From: Ptychomitrium polyphyllum
Taxonomy: Eukaryota
Reading direction: 5' to 3'
Assembly: GCA_973851085.1 (NCBI GenBank)
Contig: OZ316775.1
Location: 22,072,001-22,136,000 of the forward strand
DNA: 64,000 nt
Each line of letters begins with the position of its first letter. The stretch's first letter is position 1. The notes below the pieces were generated by a model. That model saw nothing but the letters and a program-made list of their open reading frames with translations, was not told the origin of the DNA and ran no database searches. Shown here one piece after another: positions 1-12,600 of this stretch. The translations under genes and the position numbers were made by a program.

Positions 1-162
1 TGGGCTGTCTTTCGAGACAGGGTGGAAGTGCTTCGGGAGATAGAGAACACAGTGAAGTCGTTGCACTGGGACGTCGTCCTTGCGTACACGCAGGGTGAGG
101 AGGAGCTCCTTGTAGCGCAGAAGCGTTTCTGGCGACCTAATGAAGAGGCTTCTCGCAAATGA
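1..162 (+). CDS. 3' end (partial) of a plant SAM-dependent methyltransferase, DUF248/PMT (Methyltransf_29) family
   Basis: Frame 1 reads WAVFRDRVEVLREIENTVKSLHWDVVLAYTQGEEELLVAQKRFWRPNEEASRK*, with TGA at 160-162. This matches the typical PMT C-terminus (xxxRD...SLHW...L.AQK.FWRP). The gene starts upstream of the window. Confidence 0.85.
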   Translation, partial: WAVFRDRVEVLREIENTVKSLHWDVVLAYTQGEEELLVAQKRFWRPNEEASRK

Positions 163-1109
163 TTTAAAAAAAAATCTAGTTTTTAAAGCTGATTCTGACC
201 ACACGATTGCAAGGTTGAACCTTGTGCCAAAATTTACTGTCCAATGCCACAGAGCTCGTTCAACCAGGATGGAAGAAATAGGTCCAACTAAGAAACTGTA
301 GCATCAACAACCTACTTCTTAGTTCATTGAATTTTAACTTAAAGTTTGTTAAAGTTTCTTTTTCCTATTGCATTTGAAGCTCAAAGCCCTGAAATTTCAG
401 CATAAGCAGTAAGTCATGTGTTTCTATTGAGATATTTTTTCTAGAAGTTTGAGTAGCATGCCAAATTGATGAAAGATTTTTGCATTTGCTGATTAAAATG
501 AGAGCTTGTTACAACTATTGACTGCACTTTTCCTGAGAGTGAGTGATCAGATCCATCAGTAAACAGAAAATCTAATATGCTTGGGAGGAAGCTGCTGTTG
601 AGTAATTGAATGCAAGTTGTGCAAGGTCGCAAACAAAACTGCTAGGGAATACATTGAACACTTAGACTCTCTCTCTTTAGTACTGTATCGTTACCAAAAA
701 AGAACAAACGGATACAACAAGAAAGAATATCTTTTTATTAGCATACTTATTTCTAGTTATAAGTATCAATATATCTATAAAGGAAGTTAAGTCAATTCTA
801 AACTTTTGTAGTGGAACATTTTAATATTGTACTCATGAAAACGTCACATTTATATGTAACACTTTTCCTTAATTTTAATGAATGAATCATCAATATATTC
901 TTAAACCTATTTATAAAGAACATTTTTATATGTCATATAATATGTTTTTACAAATATTGTGTTTACAATTGTAACTTTGTTGCCATTATCACAATGATCT
1001 AGAGGAAGAATTACAACTATATCCTTCAAGTGTTTATACATGCTCATGCTGTTGAAGATGTAAATAGTTACATTATTATTGAAAGTTCTGAAAGCTGCTT
1101 AGTCAACTG

Positions 1110-1159
1110 TTGTTAGGCTTGCCACAATAGTAACATTTGTTAGGCTTGCCACAATAGTA
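1110..1159. repeat. Short tandem duplication (23-bp unit, 27-bp period)
   Basis: TTGTTAGGCTTGCCACAATAGTA occurs at 1110-1132 and 1137-1159. Confidence 0.9.
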
Positions 1160-2489
1160 GACATGTGGTGCAGGGCCATGAACAAGTGGCTGCGGTCGCG
1201 GACATAACAATGTAGTAATCCTCCTGGACAATGTCGTTGGCTATGTTACATTTCATTTCCCGCTGACATCATCGAATATTATGAGAATTACTTTAAAAAA
1301 GATTCTGCAGTACGCACTCCGCACTTTGATGTGCACACTTCCAATACCAAGTCTCTGATTTTCAGTATCCTTAGTCAATCAAATACATGCAAATAGTTCT
1401 CTGTAGCAAAATACAGAGGACATATTGTGGTGAAAGTATCGTGTCAAGCGTATAAGGAATGAGCAGCGAATGAACTGGAGCATGTGAGGCGGGTGGATGA
1501 GAATTCTGAACAACTCTGGTGTGGTCACCATTCTCGCCAGAGTTTGGTTTTCTGAGCTTCTATTCTCAATCACCTGGATGAGGTCATCATAGCCTGATTC
1601 ATTTAAATGCAACCAAGTTTTGGATTCTATCATCTCTAGGTTGAGCATGTTTGAACAGTACTTTGAAATATTGCACATATGCTGCACAGGGAGGATTGAA
1701 GATGAATTTGTAAGGAAAATTGATGTGTCTATGTAGATCACTGTAGTATATATCATACTTTCTATTGTTTCTTGTACTTTGGTTACCGTTCTGACATTGG
1801 AATAAAGCATTTCCTTATTCAAAAGTTTGAAACAAAACCAGCACAGTATTGTACTCCTGAAGGAGCTGAATGAGGTACCAGCAACGGCGTTTTGGTGGGG
1901 AACTTGATATAGCACGAACAGACTGCGGGCCTGAACCGACGGGCTCAACCTGCAAATTTCCGTATGAATTAGGCGCAAGTATTCCGTGTACAGTTGGAAA
2001 ACCTGAAAATTTGTAATCGCCTTGTAGAGATTTACAACATGAGCTAACTACTGTATCGGTCGTGTACCTACGACGTTTTCGTTTTCACTAGCAAGTTGCT
2101 CCATAAAGCTGCAAGCACTGGACTAAGTCTTGTTCCCTAAGCTGATCAGCAAACAGCGAGCCTCTTCTCTGATGACCAGTTCTCCTTTGCTCTGACGAGT
2201 CTGCACGTGTGCCTATTCCATTTCGCAACTTTTTTGCAAAAATTTTGGAAAAAATTCATTCACCTGCGCATCTGATGAGCATTTTAGATGCCCACAGAAG
2301 ATTTCCTGTAGTACCATATTCTTCTTTTAATCACAGTTCGCAGGTAGATTTTCTCCTGAGTATCTTGCAGGAAGGAATATCCATATTAGTTCTACCGCCT
2401 GTTGCTCAAGAATCCAGCAACTTACGCTTGCTCTAGTAATACAGCTGCTCTCTTTGGCATAGACTTCGAGCCCCTGAAATTTACAATAC

Positions 2490-4190
2490 AATGAATCCTT
2501 TGATATTCTTCCTTCTCAGCACTTGCGTGTACAGTGACCACGATGAATCAATGGAGGCTACTTGTAGAATTGCACATATTGCCAGTGAAGACGTGATGCG
2601 AGGCCGATTTCCGATATTGCCGGTCGAAGCGAGGAGAAAACTTGGTAGAAAAGTTGGGATGATCTCTTGTCTGCGCGCGTTTAAGAAGAATCTCGATGTG
2701 GATGTCGTCAAGGCATTCTTGGAGCAAAGGAGATTCGATTGAATGTGGACCAACACCTGCCTGACAAGTCGTCATGCATGACGTTGCTACATGCTGCTGT
2801 CTAGCGCCAGGACAGAGGAGAAATTTTGCACCTATTGTTGGAGCTTGCTGAGATCGAGTGGAACGTGATTGCATGTAGAGACGGTTTGACTCTGCTTCAC
2901 TTAGCATGTATAATTTGCTGTCTCTTTTTGAAACGGTCGAGTTCCTTATAAAGGACTGACGAGTAGATTTGAGTGCCAAAATCTAGACAATCAGAGTGCA
3001 CTCTGTTGCGCTAGTGGAGAATTATAATCACTTGAAAACTTGGAGTTTGGAAGAACAAGCGTTGGTCCGATTTATAAGTATTGGAAGTTGTGCGCACACT
3101 TCTGAACCAAGCTGCTGCAACGAGGAGGGGCAACTTTCTGCTATATCTGAATGAGACAGACACGGAAGAACAGCACTTCTCTACGCCTCTGCAAATAATC
3201 ACTGGGGAATCGTGGAAGAAATCTTCTATTCTCTGATGCTGGAGGCCAATGTGGAAGTTGAGTCGCCTGAAAATGCCTTGCCGACGGCATCCGGTATTTA
3301 TAAGCATTTAAATTATGCCGTTGCTCTTGCTCAAGACAGCAAAGACCTTTTGCCCGTCCACTCGCTGCACAGACAGGGCATAGGAAGTTGGTTATTTCTT
3401 ACTAAGACGCGCACCTCATACCTTCTACAGCAAGGATTGAGAAGGCCTCCCACTATTTTATCATAGTGTCAGAGGTAGCCATCTTCAAATTGTGGAAGAT
3501 TGGATGGTCCATTCTGTTCCAAAGTCAGACTTTTAATTGTTTGAGGGGAAACTAGTCAGGAACTTCGGAGAGCTCTTCATAATAACCACGCATAATGAAG
3601 CTGCGTTTCTCTCAGTCAAGTAGTTTGACCTCCAGCTGCAACTTTCAACTCTCACTAGAAGGAACTCTGTATCCTCCCTCCCGGCTACATATGCAGAAAT
3701 CTTGATTCCCCAGATTTTGAAATGACAACCAACCATAGCAAACAAGCACTGGACCAGCGAAGGAAGCAAACTTGTCTTCAAGTTTTAACTATATCTGGTC
3801 AACTTTGATGTAATGAATCCATTATGTACGGAAGATGGACGGTTACTGCGAGCAAGTAAGAACTGTAAGTTACATTTAAGAAGACAGCCCTGGACTATGC
3901 CCACGACCTTGGCCACAATAGCAATATGTGAGCATACAATGGAATGTTCAGATGTCAAGGAATATCTTTCCAAGCTCCAGGTTGTGGTGGCTTGTTGATA
4001 GCAGGTGTCTCCTTTGCAAGCTGTGTCAAACCACCAGATACATGGGCACCAGCTCCAACTGGTCTGTTCTCATTGTTTGTAGTTCTTGCAGCAACGTTAA
4101 TAATGATAGCCATCACTGCCACTATCCTGGGAGCTTGTGCTGCCTTTGCCTTTTCCGTTTGGATGCATATTGGGAGATGTGTCCACTAGG
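2490..4190 (+). pseudogene. Ankyrin-repeat / PGG-domain membrane protein pseudogene (ACD6/ITN1-like architecture); boundaries approximate
   Basis: Broken frames give ankyrin motifs: MTLLHAAV*RQDRGEILHLLLELAEIEWNVIACRDGLTLLHLAC (~2778-2910, in-frame TAG) and DSKDLLPVH/LAAQTGHRKLV (~3335-3395, 1-nt frameshift). A PGG-like segment EYLSKLQVVVA/LLIAGVSFASCVKPPDTW (~3960-4045, frameshift) is followed by hydrophobic helices ending at 4189. Confidence 0.7.
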
Positions 4191-6487
4191 ACCATAAGAC
4201 TCAAGTAACCTTAATAAGGTTCTCTTTCAACTACATTAAACTCAATGATTGTGTTGATTTTTGTTGCTTGAATAATTGAAAGTGTTAAAAGAGTTTTATG
4301 GAATATTGGGCTTGTTTCAAAAACACCTCGCACAACAGATGGGTCATGTTTAGGTGCAAAGTGTTGAAGAATAATTGACAACATCAACTATCACATAACT
4401 CCAATTTCTTCATAACGTAAAACACTTTCACTTTTTATATATTGTAGTCAAGATTACAAACCCCACATCTATAACTCCATAACTCTAAATAAATTCTATA
4501 ACATTACATAAACTCCACAACACTTTTGTCATTACAAAATATAAGATTGGTAAATGATTCTCAAATGTTTGTGCATTTGGCCATAAATTCCTTATATATT
4601 AGAACTCATAAAAGCTTTTCAAAGACTATTTCAATTAATCTATTTTATTTCTAACAAAAAATCAATCAAACTTATCTTAAGATTTGTCACTAAGTGGACT
4701 TTAACCTTATTGCTTATCATAAGTCAAAGCTTTTATCAACATAGTCAACACAAGTATCTTCAAAGCTATAAGTATTTTTGAAGCTATAAATAAATACAAC
4801 TTAATATTGTCTTATTAGATGAACTTTGTTAACTCATGAATTAAAGTGGCCAAAAGATGATTCATTTATTTGGATCTTTTAAGAGCTAATGGTTCATTTG
4901 TTAGGTTTCTTCTAGAATTAACAATTACACAATGAGATGCTATCATTAGCAATATCTTAAAAATGATAAAAGAATAAAAAAAAAGGATATGAAGAATTGT
5001 AGTCACATGGCTTTATAAGTAGGCTAGTAATATATATTGGATCTTTAAATCACTTTTTTGAAAAGAAAAGGTTCATTTGCATTTGATGTTAGGTATGGTA
5101 TTAAAAAGAATGTTGGAAATGAATTCAAATATGTATTCTTTTATAAGTCCATAAGAATAAAGACTTAAATAATAACTTGCATAAAGGACTTTAAATGAAG
5201 CCTTTTTAAACCATTCAAATCATTCAAAAAGGCTCTATTTACAATTCTTTTAGGAAGCTATATTTTGGAGTATCTCTTTTTATAGACTTTTATAATGTTT
5301 GCATTAATTTAGCCATTAAAATGTTTATGAAAAAGAATACTAATGATGTCAATGAGCTTTCAATGCAAATAAATTAGATTGATTTTTTTTTCTTCTTTCA
5401 TTCCTTATTTAAGACTAAAAAGTGCATGTAAAATAATAAAATGAATTTAAAAACAAAAACAATCATATGTTAGTAGATATAAAAAAGTATGAAATCAATG
5501 TAAAGCTAAAGAGAGCCCTATACAAATGCAAAGAATAAAGAAATCATATATTGCAACAATACCCAACCACAACTTTTGTTTGACGAAACTGAAGACAATA
5601 ATTATTGTTTACAATATCTTATTCATACCCCAGTGTAACTGAAGTGACATAAGAACTGAAGCTTGCGTAAAATCTGAAAGCATCCCAGTTTTACTTTAAA
5701 AGTAACCTTCAAAATGTTAGAGCTTACTACAAAACTCCTGTATTCCAAACAACCCGAAGCCCACAGCGAAAAACGTTGAAGAAAAACTTGAATAATAACG
5801 TTTGATACGTTGATACCCGGAGAATTACCCAGGTGCAGTTGCAGGACAAGACAGAAAACCGTCATGTCACTTGACGAAGTCTACCAAAGTCGTAGATAAA
5901 GTCGGTCATAAAGTTGGTCGTGGAGATAATCAGCCGACTGTACTCGCCCCAACAACCGCCACTGTCTATGCGTTGTCTACAACCGCGACCCTCAAATCTT
6001 CGAAAGGAATAGATAATATTGGTTTTGGGCACAACGGCGAGATTAGGCACACCTTCTAAGTTCCGTGACGAATGAGCTGGTGGGACGATGCGCTGGGAAT
6101 AGCAAGGACGAGAAGCGAATTAAGTATATAAAGCGCGACGCAAGCAACGGGGCAGCGAGGAAAATAAACGTGGCAGAGCATCGCCAAGTCAAAGGGCGGG
6201 GCCACTCGGTCGTCGATGCGCACAGCCAAGGCGAGATCGGAGGGCGTAGTGTGGAGGAATTGCGCACTCTGCCTTGCGGGTGTTTGTACTCGCTCGGCTT
6301 TCGGCGTGTTCTTCCTGCGGGGCTATGAAGCTCGGACGCCTGGGCGGAGCGTTGCGCACTGTGGCGGGGAGGGATGCACGCGCGCTCTGCCTCCCGTCTT
6401 TTACACCGACTGCCGGCTCTTGTCGCCACCACTAAAGGTGCGCAGATTCGTCGCTGCTCGAGGATTGGTAGGAGGGGATTCGGGGCT

Positions 6488-6495
6488 TAGGGTTT
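6488..6495 (-). promoter_or_regulatory. Telo-box (AAACCCTA) in the 5' region of the Sec10-formin gene
   Basis: TAGGGTTT at 6488-6495, with further copies in intron 1 (~6758, ~6813). Telo-boxes are common in 5' regions of plant housekeeping genes. Function is not shown. Confidence 0.4.
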
Positions 6496-6600
6496 CATGG
6501 AACGGGATTTTGAGGTTTTCGTGCGGTGGCAGGATTCTGAGGTGGTCTTTGTTGACGGGATTGGGGGATTGGGGGATTGGTGGGATTGGATGGAGTGCAG

Positions 6601-9600
6601 ATGCCGGATAGGGGGGGCGGGGCGAGGACTTGGGATCCGGACAAGTCGACGGCGTGTAAGGATTCAGCAGAAGCGTTTCGAGCTGCGGAGGTCGATGTGG
6701 AGGTCTTCAAGGTGAGGAGGCTCAATGGCTACTGCTTCGGCCTTAGATGGCTCGGATTAGGGTTTTGGTTGCTGGTGTGATGATGGATAGCGAGGAGCTG
6801 GATTGGGGAAAGTAGGGTTTGAAGCTGTGAGAGAAGAGGATAGTGATTCTGTGCTCTGTTTGGTTGTTAGGGTGAGTTGTTATTCGATGAGTTTTTCGAG
6901 CAGCTGGTGACGACGCCGGCATTGAAAGATGAGGATTCGGTCAAGAAGAAGAAGTCTGATCGTCGGTCGGCGACGAGGATTGGATCGAAAAATGGCGGTG
7001 ATAAAGGAATTGGTTCGCCTCTGTTTGAAGCCGAAGGGCTGTCGCGTGCTTGCAGGGTTGCGAGGAAAAAACTTATTGGCCTCTGCTATCAGGTTGGCCG
7101 AATTGAAAGCTCCTCCAATGGTTTTTTTCGTATATGATGTTTAGATTCTCCTTTTGCGCAGTAATGGTACAATTGTAGGATCTTGGAAGGTGTTTCGAGT
7201 GGACGCTTGGTGAGGGGACACGGAAGCTGGGAACATAGGAATTCATTTTTGCAGCAGTGCAAATTGTGGCACTATGAACATTTAGGAAGATTTCTGGGAA
7301 GTACCTGGAGCAGTTGGGAGTGGGATCAGTTGGACGTGGAACTCCTTTCAGAAGCTTTTGTACCAGCGTCTACAGTTTTTGCATGGTTAAACCCTTTTAA
7401 ACTTTCAGAGGATCTGCTCACGGCCAATGTTTTGGGAGTTTAAAGTGGACGTGGTGTACGTCTGTATGCATGTCATTAACATAGGTACACGGTGCACCAG
7501 GTTGATGATCATTTGGGAGATCTTAGGCAGGAGCTGGAAGGGTTCGATACAGATCATGAGAAGAAGTTTATCGAGGTTAGACAAAACCTCCAGTTATTGG
7601 AATTTTTTTGTACATTACAGTTTCTTTTGTCAAAAAGCATATTGCAATGGGCTGCTGTTGGCCCAGTTTGCAAGCAGCTACTAGCTCAAGCTTTCTTAAA
7701 GAGCGTAGATGGCGTGTAATGCTTGTTGGTCTGCTCCTTGTTTAGGATCCAACCAAGCCCTTATGGTTGCTTTTTGTATTCACTTTTAGAATAATTACCC
7801 TGCATTAGCTATTGGTTTGGTATTCTTATTAAACCAAAGGGGTGCATCTGCAGTTGGAAAAAGGAGTACAGGATTTATACAGTACTTCGAACCGGCTGGA
7901 CTCTCGATTATCAGGTGTATGCCATTCCGCTGTTAAAATCGGAGAGCACTTACAGGTTTGTCGTTCCTCACCATAATCTCTTTTCTACTCTATCGCACGC
8001 GCTGGCATGTATAAACTCCAACTTGTTGCTGGCTACGGACTAGCTTTTGCTAGCTAGATCTGAGTAGCTTTTTCATCTTGACTATAGTCGATTGGTTACT
8101 TTCAGTACCAGGTTTTCAAATTTATAATAAAATAAAAGTAAAATATTTCGTCTGCAGACATACTTGTTTAAAGTTCCACTTAGCAATTTACACTTTTGAA
8201 CGTAGGTCCCTGTCCTTACCAAGTCTGGTTCTTTCAGTACAAATAGTGCTGCTGTTGTTAATCACGGAAGGACCGTCCTTTTGGTAAATGCAGATTGCAG
8301 ATCGTCAGAAGTCTGCTGCCAGTGAGGCAATCAATCTTATAAAGGTATTTAGTCATGAATTTCATAATCGCTATAATAGGTGTGATTTTAACGATGAATT
8401 TGCTATATTTCAAACTATATTGATATATTATTTTGAGGTTGTCTGGGTTGTATTGGCACTGTGGACTAAGAGCTGTAATGTTTAAATCACAGTATTAACT
8501 AACATTTGTAGTCAGATCAGTAGGAGTATCAGAAAAGTAGTTTTTGATTGAAATCATTAGTTTGAGGCCTTAGACAGGTGTGCTACTTTGTAAGCTAACG
8601 CTTTGATCCCTTTGTGAAAGAGTGGAATCATTTGCTGTTCATTGATGAATGTTGCTTTGGTTTTTCCTTATCAGTATATGACGGAGTTTAACTCACGACC
8701 ATTGGAACTTATTAAGCTCTCTCCATTGTTCTCCGACGATGTGCGTGTCACGGAGGCTGCAGCTGTTGCACTAAAACTCCGTAAGTATTATGGCTGTTAT
8801 TCTTACAGGGGAGGTTTTTTCCTGATCAATCGGAATGCTAATAACTAGGTTTTCTCGATAGTTTACATATCTGCGTTGAAGGCCTCTGGCAGTTGAGAGT
8901 GAGTGACCTGACCAGGAATTAATGTTCATCCATTTGTGTAGGTTTAGTTGCTGAATTAGAGACCGGAGCAATTGGAACTGCAGGACTTGGTACTCCAAGT
9001 GTGGGCTTAGAAGCTGCATTCGAAAACCTTCAAGAATATTGCAATGGTATGATGACATTATGGAGATGTCCATTTTGCTACAATGTTTCATGTGATATAA
9101 ATTGATATTTATGCTTTATACAATATGAGAATGATTGTGGTGGTCATAATATTTTTTTCATGTCATTAATAATTCTTTGTTTTAACTTTTTGAATTCGGC
9201 CTTTTTAGATGACTGAAGTTGTTAGTTGTATGACATAACTCTTAAATTGTTGGCACAATCATCAATGATATGGAATGGCAAGTTTATACTCTCATTTCAG
9301 ATTTGGAGAATCGTTTGCTGGCTCGTTTTGACACGGCCTCTCAGAGACAGGATCTTGTTGTCATGGCTGAATGTGCCAAAATCCTTAGCCAGGTTAGACT
9401 TCATCAGCGCTCTTGGATTATCTAATTTGTCATGGTTCTTTTTTGTCGAGAGGTTATACAAGCCGTTGATATTTGGAATACCAATTTATACAAACGGTCG
9501 AATGGTTTTGAAGATCAACAAACATTTAAAGGGTTTTCAATGCTAGACATATTGCGAGTTTCAATATTTAAACTAAGATAAGGTGGCAGCATTAAAATAG

Positions 9601-12600
9601 CGTCCATTGCTTGGTGGTATGCTGCAAGGTGGCAGGACTAAAGTAGAGTTTTCCATTGTTACATCTGCTGTGCAATTGGTACTATTCTTGTTTGATTACT
9701 ATCTTTTAAAGGCTAGGATGATATGAAGTGTGAAATCTAGTTTAGTACGAATTATTTCATGTTGACACGGCCAATATCGTAATCACTCCTTGGCTTGAAA
9801 TTACACTCGTCATATTTGCCATTCTCCACTTGTATTTATTTTATCTGGAACTGACAAGAGGATGCTGTCCACATGGTTAATATATCAGGCTAATATATTC
9901 ATTACTTGTCTTGGCAGTTCAACCAAGGAAAAAGTGTAATGCAGCTCTATGTTGCATCTAGACCAATGTTCATGGATGTGGAGGTTATGAACAAGGATGC
10001 TTATGTTCTGCAAGGATCTGGTTCTGGAGGTCTTCCTGATATGCTAACTGGCCTTTCTGTGCTTTACAAGAATATTACTGGTATATGCTCAAATTGAAAG
10101 GATGTTTCTTTTTATTTCTCCAGATATGAATCACGTATTGAATTTTAAGGTATCAATTTTTTCATGAGTAGTCTCTTCAAGCCAAATTAAGCCTCTCAAA
10201 TGTAACGCTAAGTAACTTTTGAGCTTGTAGAAACTGTTCGGGGGGAGATTCCAGTAGTAACTGCTGTGTTTCCATCACCTCAATTGGTGATAGCCAATCT
10301 GGTTCAGGTAATTTTCAATCGGTTTAATTTGATGAGCACTGCCACTCTTAATTCTCCAGTTTATGTTTTTGTTTTATGATTTTGGTTTCAACTGCTGCCT
10401 TTGTTTCTCCGCGCTAATATTGTACGTTAAATGCAGCGAGTGCTTGAACAACGCGTGGTTACAGCACTGGATAAACTCCTTCCAATACCGTCTTTGATGA
10501 ATCCGATTCCAATGGACGAAGGTGGCTATCAGAAGGTGGGTGCCTAAATTTTCGTTGAACATGTCTGAAACCTGTTACTGAAAGTTGATATGCGAATATG
10601 GAACTGCTTCTTGCACTACGGTATATCTATCACGTGATGTGAATTTTGTGCGGTGTTTGTGTGAGAGATGTAATTTCATACTACAGGCATGAGTCGTTTT
10701 AATTGAATATTAGGTCCTCCTGACACGATGTATGTATACCTCGTCAGTACTTGCGCTTGCTTGCTGGAGCCTACGAAAAGACTCAAGAGTTGGTCAAAGA
10801 ACTCTGTATATTGGAATGCGGGGAGCTGGATTATGAAGGTACAATACTGACCAACTGGGTTTGTTCATGAACAACAGAGTACTAGATGTCTATCATCTTT
10901 CTGTAAAGCTAAACATTTCTCATTTGTACTCTGGTGCAAGCGTTGTTTGTTGATGTGAATTGTCTCTTGGTAGGTTATTGTATTTTGTAGCTCTTTGATG
11001 GAGGATTATTCAGAACTCGGTGTTGTATCGTTTTAGTCTCAAAATATATGATTCGTATGAAAATTGTGATGGTCAGGAGCCTTTTAGGCACTAAATCTGG
11101 GTACCTTACCATAAAATGCAAGAATAGGTTTTTCCCTTAAGTGTAGAGCTGACGATTGAGTTACATGTACAGGCCGAACTGAATCCCTTTTTTCATCCTA
11201 TTTGGAGGACTATCCAGAACTCGAAGTTGCATCATTGTGTCAGCATTTCCAATGGAAGGTACAGTGGTTTTTGGAGAATGCACGGATAGCAAGTTGCTTT
11301 TTAAGTTTCTGTCACCTGCCTTCAACAACTTTTATTCAGGAAATTTTGTTTAGATTAGGAAAGAGTGCTACTGTTTGTGAGATATATGTAGGTAAAATTA
11401 GCGCATTGACAGCTCTAAATTGTACTTTTAAGGTACTGTTAGATTCTATTATCTAGTTAATACTTTTCTTATACTGCATATTATACTCCAATTATGAACT
11501 TTATTGCTCTTCCTCAACACCCTTCATTATCATGGTCAGGTGGTGGAGATGAACAAGGAACAAGCTATGAAGCATGAAACTGCCGTGGATGATTTCAGGC
11601 GTTGGAATGAAGAATCTGTAGCTCGCTGTGTGCTCTTTACTTCACAGGTCTTTGTTTGTTCTTTCACCTCAGTTTTGTGCACAGTGGTCCTAGTTATTTT
11701 AATAAGGTTGGCATGTCGTCACAATATCTGTATGTACAATCTATTTACAATTAGCGACCTCCATTAGTTTACAATCTACTTATGATCTATTTACAATTCG
11801 CGGATCTTTGGTGCAGGCTGCTAGTTTGGCAATGAATGTCAGAGCCATTTTTCTGTGCTTACTTGACCAGGTAAAGTCATTTTTATTGAAGATCTGTGTG
11901 CTTCAACTTGTGAAGTTCATTTATTGTGTGCTTCCTCGTGCTCTAGTGCGCTGAGATGCTTATGAGAAGGATAGTCGAAGAAAAGAGTATTAAAAAAAAT
12001 GTACGAAGGTTATTTCTGTGAGTGTAATTTTGTGCTTAATTTTGATAATGTCAATACACAACCTTTTTTCTTCTTAGAGGATCAATTGACATCCATTAAC
12101 ATGCATTGTATTCACATCATAGATGTTATTATGTGCTTTTCAAATGACTAACCTTCAGTTAGTTTTTTTCATGATTGAACTAGTCAGGGAGGTGAGAAAG
12201 TGAGAGAGTTCTCTGTTATGGCATCTTTCTTGTTAGAGATTGGGGCACTTCGATATTTGTTCCTAGCCAGTTTTTTTGAATTGAGAGCTTACAACTGGTT
12301 GGATTCTGCTCTCTTGCAGGTTAGCCAGTACACCACTGACGAATTGGAAAGAGCAATGGATGCCTTGATTGAAGCCGCTCAGAGGCGAAACCTTTATTCC
12401 ATTGGCTCTACAGTGAGCCGCCGTGTAGCTGCTGCTGCTGCTACTGCGGTTTGTAATCAAAACATTATTTCTAAGTGATTTATTTAGACAGTTGAGTGAG
12501 TGTTTAACTGAGTCTACTAGTATTATCCTTTTGTTGTGCTTTTCATAGAAGAGCAATTGATCTTCAACCTGCATGTTATGTTCCTGATGTACATATAATT

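Noticed and set aside
1379..1978. 199-aa minus-strand ORF
   Set aside because: TTG start, no recognisable domain. More likely the antisense shadow of decayed plus-strand coding sequence.
4250..5600. AT-rich tracts (also 24400-26350, 51000-52400, 54000-56000) as specific TE families
   Set aside because: Probably old TE debris, but too decayed to assign termini or domains by eye.
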